From NCBI GenBank assembly GCA_947258795.1, contig CAMYJU010000009.1:37407-101406 (forward strand): 64,000 bases of DNA, written 5' to 3'. How positions within the stretch are numbered: the first letter of the stretch is position 1; the number at the start of each line of letters is the position of its first letter. The position numbers and the translations under genes were made by a program. Source of the DNA: an uncultured Gammaproteobacteria bacterium (GTDB taxonomy: Bacteria > Pseudomonadota > Gammaproteobacteria > DRJJ01). Positions 20,360 to 29,037 of this stretch are shown here, in pieces. The notes beneath the pieces were generated by a model. It ran no database searches and had not been told where the DNA came from. It saw only the letters and a program-made list of their open reading frames with translations.

Positions 20360-20743
20360 TCAAGTATTCTCATCCATAATGTCACTTGGTACAGAATAAG
20401 CTGTTGCACCTGACAGGCTTATCTGCAAAATCATGCTGCTACCAGATTGCCCCATACCGGCCTTGTCATAGATAAAATCAAATACCTCCTCGGCTTGCTG
20501 TTCGGAAACGATGACTGATAACATGCGATAAAAAGTAGCTTCAGGTAATTTACCTCGCCGTATTTTAACTGTTTGCAAATTGTGTACCCCGCGACAGGCA
20601 ACACTCTCCGCACGAATAACTCCTTTTTCAATTTTCAGCTGACGCATTAATTTAATGTCAGTACCATCATCGGGCAACATAAAGGCAATCAACTTGGCTG
20701 ACTCTATTTGGACGCTTTCAATTTCCAAGTTAGTTTCAGACAT
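20360..20743 (-). CDS. Divergent PII-like protein
   Basis: PII-like C-terminal half (LSVIVSEQQAEEVFDFIYDKAGMGQSGSSMI); adjacent to a PII gene. Confidence 0.6.
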   Translation of the reverse strand: MSETNLEIESVQIESAKLIAFMLPDDGTDIKLMRQLKIEKGVIRAESVACRGVHNLQTVKIRRGKLPEATFYRMLSVIVSEQQAEEVFDFIYDKAGMGQSGSSMILQISLSGATAYSVPSDIMDENT

Positions 20744-20748
20744 AGTGG

Positions 20749-21111
20749 CTACCGTAAACTTATTTGTTCAATCATGGTTTCCGGCAGATAAACAGCAGCT
20801 TTATCAACCGGAATGGTATAGATAAATCCCGCTGCAGGTGTATTCAATTCAGCGGCTTTAAATAGACTCTCAATCAGGATGTCTCGCCGTTCATTAGCGG
20901 CCATCATCATGACAATCTCTTTGTCCACTTCCACGGCAATACCAAGAATACCCAAACGCTCACGGACACCGGTACCCCGGCCTTGCACTACCACTCCGCC
21001 CGTCACACCCAGATCTCTGGCTGCTTTGAGCACCGTGTCTGCCTTGCCAGCTGACACCACGCAGGTAATCAGGCTGGCATCGGTAATATAAGTTATGTCA
21101 TTCTTTGTCAT
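20749..21111 (-). CDS. PII-family regulator (DUF1538-associated type)
   Basis: LITCVVSAGKADTVLKAARDLGVTGG...GRGTGVRERLGILG...EIV...PAAGFIYTIPV. Confidence 0.85.
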   Translation of the reverse strand: MTKNDITYITDASLITCVVSAGKADTVLKAARDLGVTGGVVVQGRGTGVRERLGILGIAVEVDKEIVMMMAANERRDILIESLFKAAELNTPAAGFIYTIPVDKAAVYLPETMIEQISLR

Positions 21112-22892
21112 AGACTGGCTCCGGCTTCCAATTCAACACGGGATAAGGCTGATGTTTTTATTTTTGTCTGTGTATGAACCTTGTATCTAGACCATAAGCC
21201 TGTCAGCATCACCGTGATAATTGGACCGATGGAGGCCATACTCAAGATACCAAAACCTTCTACCGCACCGGTGGCGTTACCGAATCCCAAGCCCATCGCC
21301 AGGACTAATGGTACAGTGATTGGCCCTGTAGTTACCCCGGCACTGTCCCAGGCAACGTTGACAAACTCTTCGCTTGAGAAAAAGGTTAATATGACCGCCA
21401 ACGAGTAACCAGGCACAATTAACCAGATTAACGGTAAATCAAATATCATTTTTGCCAGCCCGATGGCGATGCCAAATGCAACGCCGGTAGATACGGCATA
21501 GATCAAGGTTTTCTTTTTAAACACGCCATTTGTCAATGTCTCAGCAGTAATCCCTAAGGCGTTGAGGGCCGGTTCGGCAAAGGTGGCGCCGAAACCTAAC
21601 ACCCAGGCAAAGGCCAACGCCAAAATCAATCCGACCATGTACATATATACGGGTGATATCTCGATACCATCAATTTTCATAAAGGCAATCGGAACCAGAC
21701 TGCCCGCACTGCCACCCAGTTTGGATAGACCGTAAGTTAAACCAATATTAAATATACACATACCGATAATGGTGAGCGTAATACCTAAAAAGATTTCGGC
21801 GGGTTTTTTTAAAGACTCTTTTAAAATGACTTTAAGCACAAAAAACAAAAACAAGACCAGGGGTAAGATAGCGCGAACACCAACTATGATTTCCTGCCCT
21901 GGACTGCTTTCATACCAGGTCTGTGCTGCCGGAACCTGGGTCGATGCCAGCTTGGCGGCCTGGATGATCTCGGAGGGTGAAACGTTGAAAGAAACATAAA
22001 CCAGTAAACACATCACGCCGAGGATAGGAAACAGGGATGCCAGGGTAACAATACCAAAGCCCGACAATTGATTGCTCCCTTTACCGGCAGCAGCGGCAAT
22101 ACCTATACCAAGGGACAATACCAACGGCACAGTAACAGGGCCGGTAGTGACCGCACCTGCGTCCCACGCCAGACCCAGGACTTTATTCAGTTCAGGATTT
22201 AGCGCACAAAATAATGACATACTCAATACCAGCACGAGGGAAACATAAATTAGTGGTTTTAAACTCCAACCATAAATAAATCGCAGGGTACCAAGTACGG
22301 CAGCGGCTCCCACACTGAAACCCACGACTAATACAAGTTGATCTGCGTATTGATTCAATATTGCATATAAATAAGGCGCGCGTTCCACACTCACGTTTTG
22401 ACCTGCGGCCTTAAGTGCGCCGATAGCCGGTTCGGCAAAGGTCACCCCTATGCCAAGCAACAGGGTGATAAACAGCACCAAAGGCAAAGGCGATTTTCTT
22501 GGTAGGGTGCTACCAATTATGGTACCAAATGGCATCAAACCCAGTTTCAATCCTTCCATGAAAAACATCAGGCCGATAATGACGGCAAACAAGCCTCCGG
22601 TAACGATCCAGGAATCTTCTATCAGATGGCGCAAAAACAATATTTGAAACAGGGCCAGGTAAGCGGCCAAAGGAACAACTGCCTTGAATTGATCCATAAA
22701 ACGTAATGAAAAATATGGTTTCAACAATTGCAGCGTTTCATTAAATGACAATGCTATTTTTTTATATTTGACAGGTAGCAAAGTGCCATCTGCATCCCGC
22801 TCTAATTTCGGAACCAATTGATTCAGACTAACTTGTTTTTGTCCGGCACCAATGGTCCGTTCAAAATCTGCATAGCGGATGTAGTTAGCCAT
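21108..22892 (-). CDS. Tandem-fused DUF1538 polytopic membrane protein
   Basis: Two repeats of AEPA...AWD(AG/SA)xVTTGP(V/I)TVPLVL...GFGI..AS..PI. Confidence 0.9.
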   Translation of the reverse strand: MANYIRYADFERTIGAGQKQVSLNQLVPKLERDADGTLLPVKYKKIALSFNETLQLLKPYFSLRFMDQFKAVVPLAAYLALFQILFLRHLIEDSWIVTGGLFAVIIGLMFFMEGLKLGLMPFGTIIGSTLPRKSPLPLVLFITLLLGIGVTFAEPAIGALKAAGQNVSVERAPYLYAILNQYADQLVLVVGFSVGAAAVLGTLRFIYGWSLKPLIYVSLVLVLSMSLFCALNPELNKVLGLAWDAGAVTTGPVTVPLVLSLGIGIAAAAGKGSNQLSGFGIVTLASLFPILGVMCLLVYVSFNVSPSEIIQAAKLASTQVPAAQTWYESSPGQEIIVGVRAILPLVLFLFFVLKVILKESLKKPAEIFLGITLTIIGMCIFNIGLTYGLSKLGGSAGSLVPIAFMKIDGIEISPVYMYMVGLILALAFAWVLGFGATFAEPALNALGITAETLTNGVFKKKTLIYAVSTGVAFGIAIGLAKMIFDLPLIWLIVPGYSLAVILTFFSSEEFVNVAWDSAGVTTGPITVPLVLAMGLGFGNATGAVEGFGILSMASIGPIITVMLTGLWSRYKVHTQTKIKTSALSRVELEAGASL

Positions 22893-23260
22893 AATCTAAA
22901 CCACTTTTAAAATTATTGTATCCAGTTTACTTATAACGCTACGGATTCCATCTGCTTTCCCTTTGCATATTACCGAAAGATTGCTGTGGAAATCATAATA
23001 TTTATTAACACTAGAAAAGATATTGTTATAGCGCCTGTTTTTACTATTTATCACTTACTTTAGTACGTTTTGGACCGTTCTCAACCCGAAGCGAAATGAC
23101 CAATCAGATAGGTCCTCATACCACAGGGTGATTTAAGTGTGACGCATCCTACGAATTATCACTATCCAAATCACGACAGTGTTCGATTGACAACCGGTAC
23201 AGACCCGGGTTACTAATATCACATTAACGATGGAATTTTCCCAACGGCAGGAGAATAATA

Positions 23261-23758
23261 ATGATGGTTCACGTAAAGTCCCTACTTGTTGCAATATTAT
23301 TAAACACGTTCTCCATAGGCATTGCCTCTGCGAGTGACCTCTTTGTCTATCCGACTAAAGGTCAAAATCAACAACAGCAGCAAAAAGACGAATCTGAATG
23401 TTACGTCTGGGCAAAAAATAACACCGGATTTGATCCAATGGCCACACCACGCGCGACCACCCCACCACCGAGCACCTCCGAACCTACGTCCAGTGCTGGC
23501 CGTGGGATGGTTCGTGGTGCCGTCGGCGGCGCCATCATTGGTGAAATTGCTAGTGATGATGCCGGCAAGGGGGCCGCTATAGGCGCTGTTGCCGGGGGCA
23601 TGTTTGGCGGTATGCGCCGGCAACGCCAGAAGGAACAACAACAACAGCAACGACAACAATGGGAACAGGATCAGGCGGCACAATATAGCCAAAAACGTAA
23701 TAGCTATAACCGGGCCTATGCTGCTTGTCTGGAAGGACGTGGCTACACCGTAAAATAA
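23261..23758 (+). CDS. Secreted glycine-zipper (YMGG-like) protein
   Basis: Signal peptide; YPTKGQ...KDESECYVWAK; GAVGGAIIG...GAAIGAVAGGMFGG; AYAACLEGRGYTVK; RBS AGGAG. Confidence 0.85.
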   Translation: MMVHVKSLLVAILLNTFSIGIASASDLFVYPTKGQNQQQQQKDESECYVWAKNNTGFDPMATPRATTPPPSTSEPTSSAGRGMVRGAVGGAIIGEIASDDAGKGAAIGAVAGGMFGGMRRQRQKEQQQQQRQQWEQDQAAQYSQKRNSYNRAYAACLEGRGYTVK

Positions 23759-23762
23759 TGAA

Positions 23763-24188
23763 ATGGATGGAATAACTATGAAAAAGCTAGCGATTGTCTA
23801 TATAACCTCATTGTTGTGCTTACTGTCTCTACCGGCTGCTGCAGATAAATTTGATGGTACTGTTCCGATGCTTTGTGCCTCCATCGAGGCCAATGCCTGT
23901 GCTGTGGGTGGTGAGTGTCTGGGCGGTCTTCCGGAAGAAATTAATGCTCCCCAGTTCGCCCGCATTGATGTCAATAAAAAACTGATCAATGTCAAACGTA
24001 GCGCAGGTGAGAAGCAGACCACTAAAATCCAGAGTGTGAAACGCATGGATGGAAAACTTATTCTGCAAGGCGTGGAGAATGGCCGCGGTTGGAGTATTAC
24101 GATTTCTGAAACTACCGGAAAGATGACCGCGGCCGCTGCCAGTGATGAGGTGGCCTTTATGTTATTTGGTGCTTGTACGAATCTATGA
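23763..24188 (+). CDS. Secreted hypothetical protein with four Cys in the mature region
   Basis: Signal peptide; LILQGVENGRGWS...FGAC. The true start may be MKKLA at 23778. Confidence 0.7.
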   Translation: MDGITMKKLAIVYITSLLCLLSLPAAADKFDGTVPMLCASIEANACAVGGECLGGLPEEINAPQFARIDVNKKLINVKRSAGEKQTTKIQSVKRMDGKLILQGVENGRGWSITISETTGKMTAAAASDEVAFMLFGACTNL

Positions 24189-24311
24189 TAATCAAGGGAA
24201 CGAACTGGTTTACCTTAGAAAATCAAAATAAACCAGTTTGTTCTATACCAGCGATTGCTGGCACAGCTAGATAACGGATTGATTGGTGATCTATCACTTG
24301 GGGGGGATCCG

Positions 24312-26552
24312 ATGTCCACGTACGCACATTCATGCTCAACCATAAGAATAATCAGCTTATGTTTGTGCGCTGTTGTTTCATGTCTACCTGTCGCGATCTC
24401 GCAAGCAAGCCCAGCGGCCGAAAAACCAATATCCAAACAACGGCCAAAGATCGGTTTAGTCCTGAGTGGTGGTGGTGCTCGCGGTGCAGCGCATATCGGT
24501 GTCCTGCGTCAACTTGAAGAGCTACGTATACCGGTTGACTATATCGCTGGCACCAGTATGGGTGCGATTGTGGGCGGACTATATGCCTCAGGTCTGTCCA
24601 CCGATGAACTTGAACAGGTCATTACAAGTATTGATTGGGATAGCGCGTTTGATGACGATCCAAAGCGAGAAGTGCGTCCGATGCGACGCAAGCGAGACGA
24701 TGACATTTATCTGGTCGAACACAAGCCAGGCTTTAATGACGGCAAACTGGAATTCCCTGCCGGTCTACTTCAAGGACAAACCATTGATCTGATATTCAAG
24801 AAGATCACGCTGCCGGTAGCACATATCCATAACTTCGATAACTTACGAATTCCGTATCGTGCAGTCGCTGCTGATCTCGAGACTGGCGAGGCTGTTGTAC
24901 TCGGATCAGGTAACCTGGCAAAGGCAATGCGGGCAAGTATGTCGATTCCTGCCATATTCTCCCCGACAGTAATTGATGGCAAGTTGCTGGTTGATGGAGG
25001 TATTGCTAATAACCTGCCCATAAGCATTGCCCGGGAAATGGGGGCTGATGTGATTATTGCAGTGGATATCAGCACGCCTTTACTTGATCGCGATAAGATA
25101 AAGAACGTCTTTTCCATTGCTGAGCAAATTACCGGGCTTATGACCCAGGGCAATACCAAGAAACAATTGAGCACTTTAACTGATAAGGATATATTAATTC
25201 AGCCGGATCTTGGCAATATCACGACCAGCGATTTTAAACGTGCAAACGAAGCGGTTCCCACTGGTATTGACGCGGCAAATAAAATGCAGAAGGAATTAAC
25301 GCGTCTATCTCTGTCGGAAGCTCAATACAGACAATATCTCCTGGAACAAGGAGAACAAAAACGGTCACCCCCGATCATTGGCTTTATACGTATCGAGAAC
25401 GATTCCAATCTTAGTGATGATGTTCTGGCTGCGCGCATCAACATACAGACTGGGAAACCGCTGGACATCACACAACTCGAAAAAGATATCGATCAGATCT
25501 ATGCACTGGATATATTTCAAAATGTCACTTACATAATCGAAGAAGAACAAGGCCAAACTGGCGTGGTCATTGATGCCAAAGCAAAATCATGGGGTCCAAA
25601 CTACTTACAGTTTGGTGCCGCTATCTCAGGCAACATGCAGGGTGAAAACAGCTTCAACGTGGGTGTTGCCTACACGCGTACTGCGATCAATAAACTCGGT
25701 GGCGAATGGCGTAGTGCCATACAACTCGGTGAAGATCCACTATTGATTACTGAAATTTATCAGCCACTGGATGTCGGATCGAAATATTTTTTCACCGCCA
25801 AGGCACTCCTGGAGAGACGTAATATCAATGTCTTTGCAGATGGCGATCAGGTAGCAGAGTTTCGGGCCACACGTGGCGGCGCCTCGATTGCCGCCGGTCG
25901 CACGCTAGGTACCTGGGGCGATATTCGGGTCGGCTTGCGTCGCACAACCGGTGACCTTGAAGTCCGCGTCGGCGACCCATCCAATCCTGAATTTGATTTT
26001 GAGACAGGTGAAGGCTTCATTTTGTTTGAGGTGGATACTTTCGACAATGCCAACTTTCCTCATTACGGTACCCACGCCAGCCTGGAGTGGATTGCATCGC
26101 GCGACAGCCTGGGTGCGGATACTGACTTCGATCAGATACTGGCGAGTTATACTTACGCAAAAAGTTTTGGCCGTAATACCCTGCTTGGTGGTGCCACTTA
26201 CCAAACCACCCTGGATGATGATGCGCCTATTCAAAGTTTATTCCGTGCCGGAGGATTCTTTAATCTATCCGGCTTTCAACAGAATGAACTCTCCGGGCAA
26301 CACTATGGCAGGTTGGCGCTTGCTTATTTCCGTCGAATAAACGACTTCGAACTCCTGCCCACCTATCTCGGTGCATCACTTGAGTATGGTAATGTCTGGC
26401 AAGACGAGGAAGACATCGATCTGGATAATGCCCTGGCCGCTGGCAGTATCTTTCTCGGCGTCGATACCGTTGTTGGTCCGATTTATTTTGCCTATGGCCA
26501 TGCAGAGGGCGGCGAAGACAGCCTTTATTTCTTTCTTGGCAGATTGTTCTAG
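24312..26552 (+). CDS. Patatin-POTRA-Omp85 barrel protein (PlpD-like, type Vd)
   Basis: LSGGGARG, GTSMG and DGG catalytic motifs, a POTRA-like linker, and a barrel ending YFFLGRLF. Confidence 0.9.
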   Translation: MSTYAHSCSTIRIISLCLCAVVSCLPVAISQASPAAEKPISKQRPKIGLVLSGGGARGAAHIGVLRQLEELRIPVDYIAGTSMGAIVGGLYASGLSTDELEQVITSIDWDSAFDDDPKREVRPMRRKRDDDIYLVEHKPGFNDGKLEFPAGLLQGQTIDLIFKKITLPVAHIHNFDNLRIPYRAVAADLETGEAVVLGSGNLAKAMRASMSIPAIFSPTVIDGKLLVDGGIANNLPISIAREMGADVIIAVDISTPLLDRDKIKNVFSIAEQITGLMTQGNTKKQLSTLTDKDILIQPDLGNITTSDFKRANEAVPTGIDAANKMQKELTRLSLSEAQYRQYLLEQGEQKRSPPIIGFIRIENDSNLSDDVLAARINIQTGKPLDITQLEKDIDQIYALDIFQNVTYIIEEEQGQTGVVIDAKAKSWGPNYLQFGAAISGNMQGENSFNVGVAYTRTAINKLGGEWRSAIQLGEDPLLITEIYQPLDVGSKYFFTAKALLERRNINVFADGDQVAEFRATRGGASIAAGRTLGTWGDIRVGLRRTTGDLEVRVGDPSNPEFDFETGEGFILFEVDTFDNANFPHYGTHASLEWIASRDSLGADTDFDQILASYTYAKSFGRNTLLGGATYQTTLDDDAPIQSLFRAGGFFNLSGFQQNELSGQHYGRLALAYFRRINDFELLPTYLGASLEYGNVWQDEEDIDLDNALAAGSIFLGVDTVVGPIYFAYGHAEGGEDSLYFFLGRLF

Positions 26553-26568
26553 TTTCACGTAATAGACA

Positions 26569-26778
26569 AAAGCGCGACGCTAAGTATTACTGCGGACTGA
26601 TCTCGCTGATTTCAGCTTTCATGGCCTGCGCCATACCTGGACGAACTATGATGATCTACCAGCCATTCTACTCCAGCTGTTATAGCAACCGAATGGCCTG
26701 AAAAGCATTGATATGGTGAAACTTAAAGTTAGCCTACCCGCCAATTACTTGGCGGAGAGTGCGGATAACCTTAATTAA
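26569..26778 (+). pseudogene. Tyrosine recombinase (phage integrase) C-terminal remnant
   Basis: One frame reads KARR*VLLRTDLADFSFHGLRHTWTN...LL*QPNGLKSIDMVKLKVSLPANYLAESADNLN*. It has the HxLRH box, two internal stops and no catalytic Tyr. Confidence 0.75.
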
Positions 26779-26812
26779 GTATGGATTTAGGAGTATAACC
26801 CATTGAAAAAAT

Positions 26813-26889
26813 TGGTAGCGGGGACAGGATTTGAACCTGTGACCTTCGGGTTATGAGCCCGACGAGCTGCCAGACTGCTCCACCCCGCA
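26813..26889 (-). tRNA. tRNA-fMet (CAT)
   Basis: TGCGGGGTGGAGCAG...TCGGGCT-CAT-AACCCGA...GGTTCAAATCC...CCCCGCTACCA. The 1:72 mismatch and three G-C pairs in the anticodon stem mark it as an initiator tRNA. Confidence 0.97.
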
Positions 26890-26913
26890 ACTGGTGTGCG
26901 CATACTAAGCCAC

Positions 26914-26939
26914 AAAAAAGCGGGCGACTAGCGCCCGCT
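26914..26939 (-). terminator. Intrinsic terminator after the DsrE gene
   Basis: AGCGGGCG/CGCCCGCT stem followed by a T-run on the minus strand. Confidence 0.8.
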
Positions 26940-26980
26940 AATATTGCTAATAGTTATTATTTTTAGTATCTAGTCAGCTA

Positions 26981-27442
26981 TTAAGGCTTGATGTAGTAGT
27001 AGCCTTTCTGCTGCAGATCAGCCAACTGAGCAACGCCTGATGGAATAACCTTGGCATTCAGATTGATTTTGTTCTTGTCAATCTTCTTGCCACGGATGGT
27101 GTTGGCGCAAATCTGGAATTTAACACCACGGTTAGCCAGCTTCTGGATGGTTTCTTCGAAACCACGGCCTTTCTTATCCTTGCTGCCATCAACCAGTGAG
27201 AAAGCACCTTTACTGTGAGTAACAATAATGATTTCAACATTCTTGTCGCCCAGCGCGTTCAGGTGGTTTTTAACGTTACGGAATGCGCCAAATGCGCTAT
27301 TGATGTCATTTACGTGGTACGCAACTTTCTGCTGCATATAGCCATTCTTCGCTGGCTTCAGGTTCTCTCCACCGCAGGCTACCAGTGAGGCTCCCAGCAC
27401 AGTTGTAGCCGCAATCAGGGAAATACGTTTAATGTGACTCAT
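26981..27442 (-). CDS. DsrE-family lipoprotein
   Basis: Lipobox LVAC; KVAYHVND...RNVKNHL, GVKFQICANT and PSGVAQLADLQQKGYYYIKP motifs; RBS GGAGGAG. Confidence 0.9.
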   Translation of the reverse strand: MSHIKRISLIAATTVLGASLVACGGENLKPAKNGYMQQKVAYHVNDINSAFGAFRNVKNHLNALGDKNVEIIIVTHSKGAFSLVDGSKDKKGRGFEETIQKLANRGVKFQICANTIRGKKIDKNKINLNAKVIPSGVAQLADLQQKGYYYIKP

Positions 27443-27490
27443 ACAACACTCCTCCAACATATATATGTAATTGTAAACAATAGTTAATAT

Positions 27491-27506
27491 TGCAAGTCTT
27501 ATTCCA
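27491..27506 (-). promoter_or_regulatory. Sigma-54 (-24/-12) promoter of the DsrE gene
   Basis: Minus strand TGGAATAAGACTTGCA has exact GG-N10-GC spacing and lies directly downstream of a sigma-54 activator gene. Confidence 0.75.
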
Positions 27507-27663
27507 TAAACTACCGATGGATATATTTATTTTATTTCCTATAACTATCATATAGTTACCGGTATATTAGTACGTGTTTTTATATATATAAGCTTATTTT
27601 TACCTCCTTTTTATATGCATGTTGCAGTATTTCAGCTATAAATATCATTGTTTTTTGCAATAC

Positions 27664-29019
27664 TCATTCGACTTCCTCATAGCGCCTTAGTTTGCGCCAC
27701 AGCGTGGTCTTGTCGATACCCAGGATTTGTGCGGCACGCGTCTTTTTGCCGCCGGCATGCTCCAGCACATGGCGGATATATTCCTGCTCGAGCTTCTCCA
27801 GCGAGACAAAATCTTCCTCGGGGAAACGCATGCCGTCACTTTCTTCCTGTTTCGGGATACTTGGCAGGCGCCCGGCCTCAGGCCAGCTTAATACCGGACT
27901 GTCAGCAAGGATAATGCAGCGTTCAACCACATTGCGAAGTTCACGTACATTGCCATGCCAGTCATGCTCATACAGATGGCGCATGGATACCGGATCAAAA
28001 CCCTGCACACGTCGGTCATAGCGCTCCGAAAACTCGCCAAGAAAATGTTCAACCAGTGAAGGAATGTCTTCCCGCCGATCGTTCAGGGGGGGGACATGAA
28101 TATTGACCACGTTCAGTCGATGATAAAAGTCATGCCTGAAATCCCCGTTAGCGACCATTGCGGCGAGATCGCGGTTACTGGCCGCGATGATGCGTATATC
28201 GATCGCGATCGGCTCAGTACTGCCGACACGGGTTACGCGCTGATTTTCGATGGCACGCATAAGCTTGACCTGCATCGCGTCCGAGATATTACTGATCTCG
28301 TCCAGGAACAGGGTGCCACCACTGGCCTGCTCCATTAATCCCCTTTTACGCTGACTGGCGCCAGTAAACGCGCCCTTTTCATGCCCGAACAATTCACTTT
28401 CCAACAAGGTTTCGGTCAGTGCACCACAATCAATGACAACAAAGGGTGCATCACTGTCAGGACCACAGTCGTGCAGGGCGCGGGCGACCAGTTCCTTGCC
28501 GGTACCGGACTCTCCTTCGATGATAACGTTACAACGCACATCGGAGACCTTATCGATGGTCGCGAACAGGGATTTCATGACCGGTGTGTCACCGATCATG
28601 CCGAAGCGGTTGCGGTCCTGTCTAAGCTGGCGTTTAAGCAGGCGATTCTCGTCCTTGAGCTTGACCGATTGCTGGGTACGCTCGATGATCAGTTTGAGTT
28701 CCTTGAAGTCGAACGGCTTCTTGATAAAGTCGGTTGCGCCCAGTTTCATGGCTTCAACCGCGTTCTCCACCGATGAGTAACCGGTCATGACCAACACCGG
28801 CATGTCCTCGTCGATTTCACGCAGTTTCCCCAGCAGCTCGAACCCGGTCATACCGGGCATACGTAAATCGGTAATCACCAGGTCCGCACCGGTATTGTTG
28901 ACTTCATCAATGGCTTCCTGCCCGGACTGGTAGGTCTTGCACTGGATATCACAGCGGTCACAATGCCGCTGCATAACTGAACAGGTTACAGGATCATCAT
29001 CTACAAATAATAATTTCAT
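27664..29019 (-). CDS. Sigma-54-dependent response regulator (NtrC family)
   Basis: REC domain (DLRMP), [21 protein letters not shown], and Fis-type HTH ([11 protein letters not shown]). Confidence 0.95.
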   Translation of the reverse strand: MKLLFVDDDPVTCSVMQRHCDRCDIQCKTYQSGQEAIDEVNNTGADLVITDLRMPGMTGFELLGKLREIDEDMPVLVMTGYSSVENAVEAMKLGATDFIKKPFDFKELKLIIERTQQSVKLKDENRLLKRQLRQDRNRFGMIGDTPVMKSLFATIDKVSDVRCNVIIEGESGTGKELVARALHDCGPDSDAPFVVIDCGALTETLLESELFGHEKGAFTGASQRKRGLMEQASGGTLFLDEISNISDAMQVKLMRAIENQRVTRVGSTEPIAIDIRIIAASNRDLAAMVANGDFRHDFYHRLNVVNIHVPPLNDRREDIPSLVEHFLGEFSERYDRRVQGFDPVSMRHLYEHDWHGNVRELRNVVERCIILADSPVLSWPEAGRLPSIPKQEESDGMRFPEEDFVSLEKLEQEYIRHVLEHAGGKKTRAAQILGIDKTTLWRKLRRYEEVE

Positions 29020-29037
29020 AATTCATGTTACGGAACA

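Larger units (their letters stand above)
1553..26812. mobile_element. Degenerate genomic island integrated at the 3' end of tRNA-fMet
   Basis: Visibly lower GC than the flanks, an integrase remnant abutting the tRNA 3' end, gene fragments at the far junction, and accessory-type cargo. The left boundary is approximate. Confidence 0.7.

Noticed and set aside
26750-26760. TGGCGGAGAG resembling a tRNA-Ser 3' end or att site
   Set aside because: Better explained as the LAES codons of the integrase relic.
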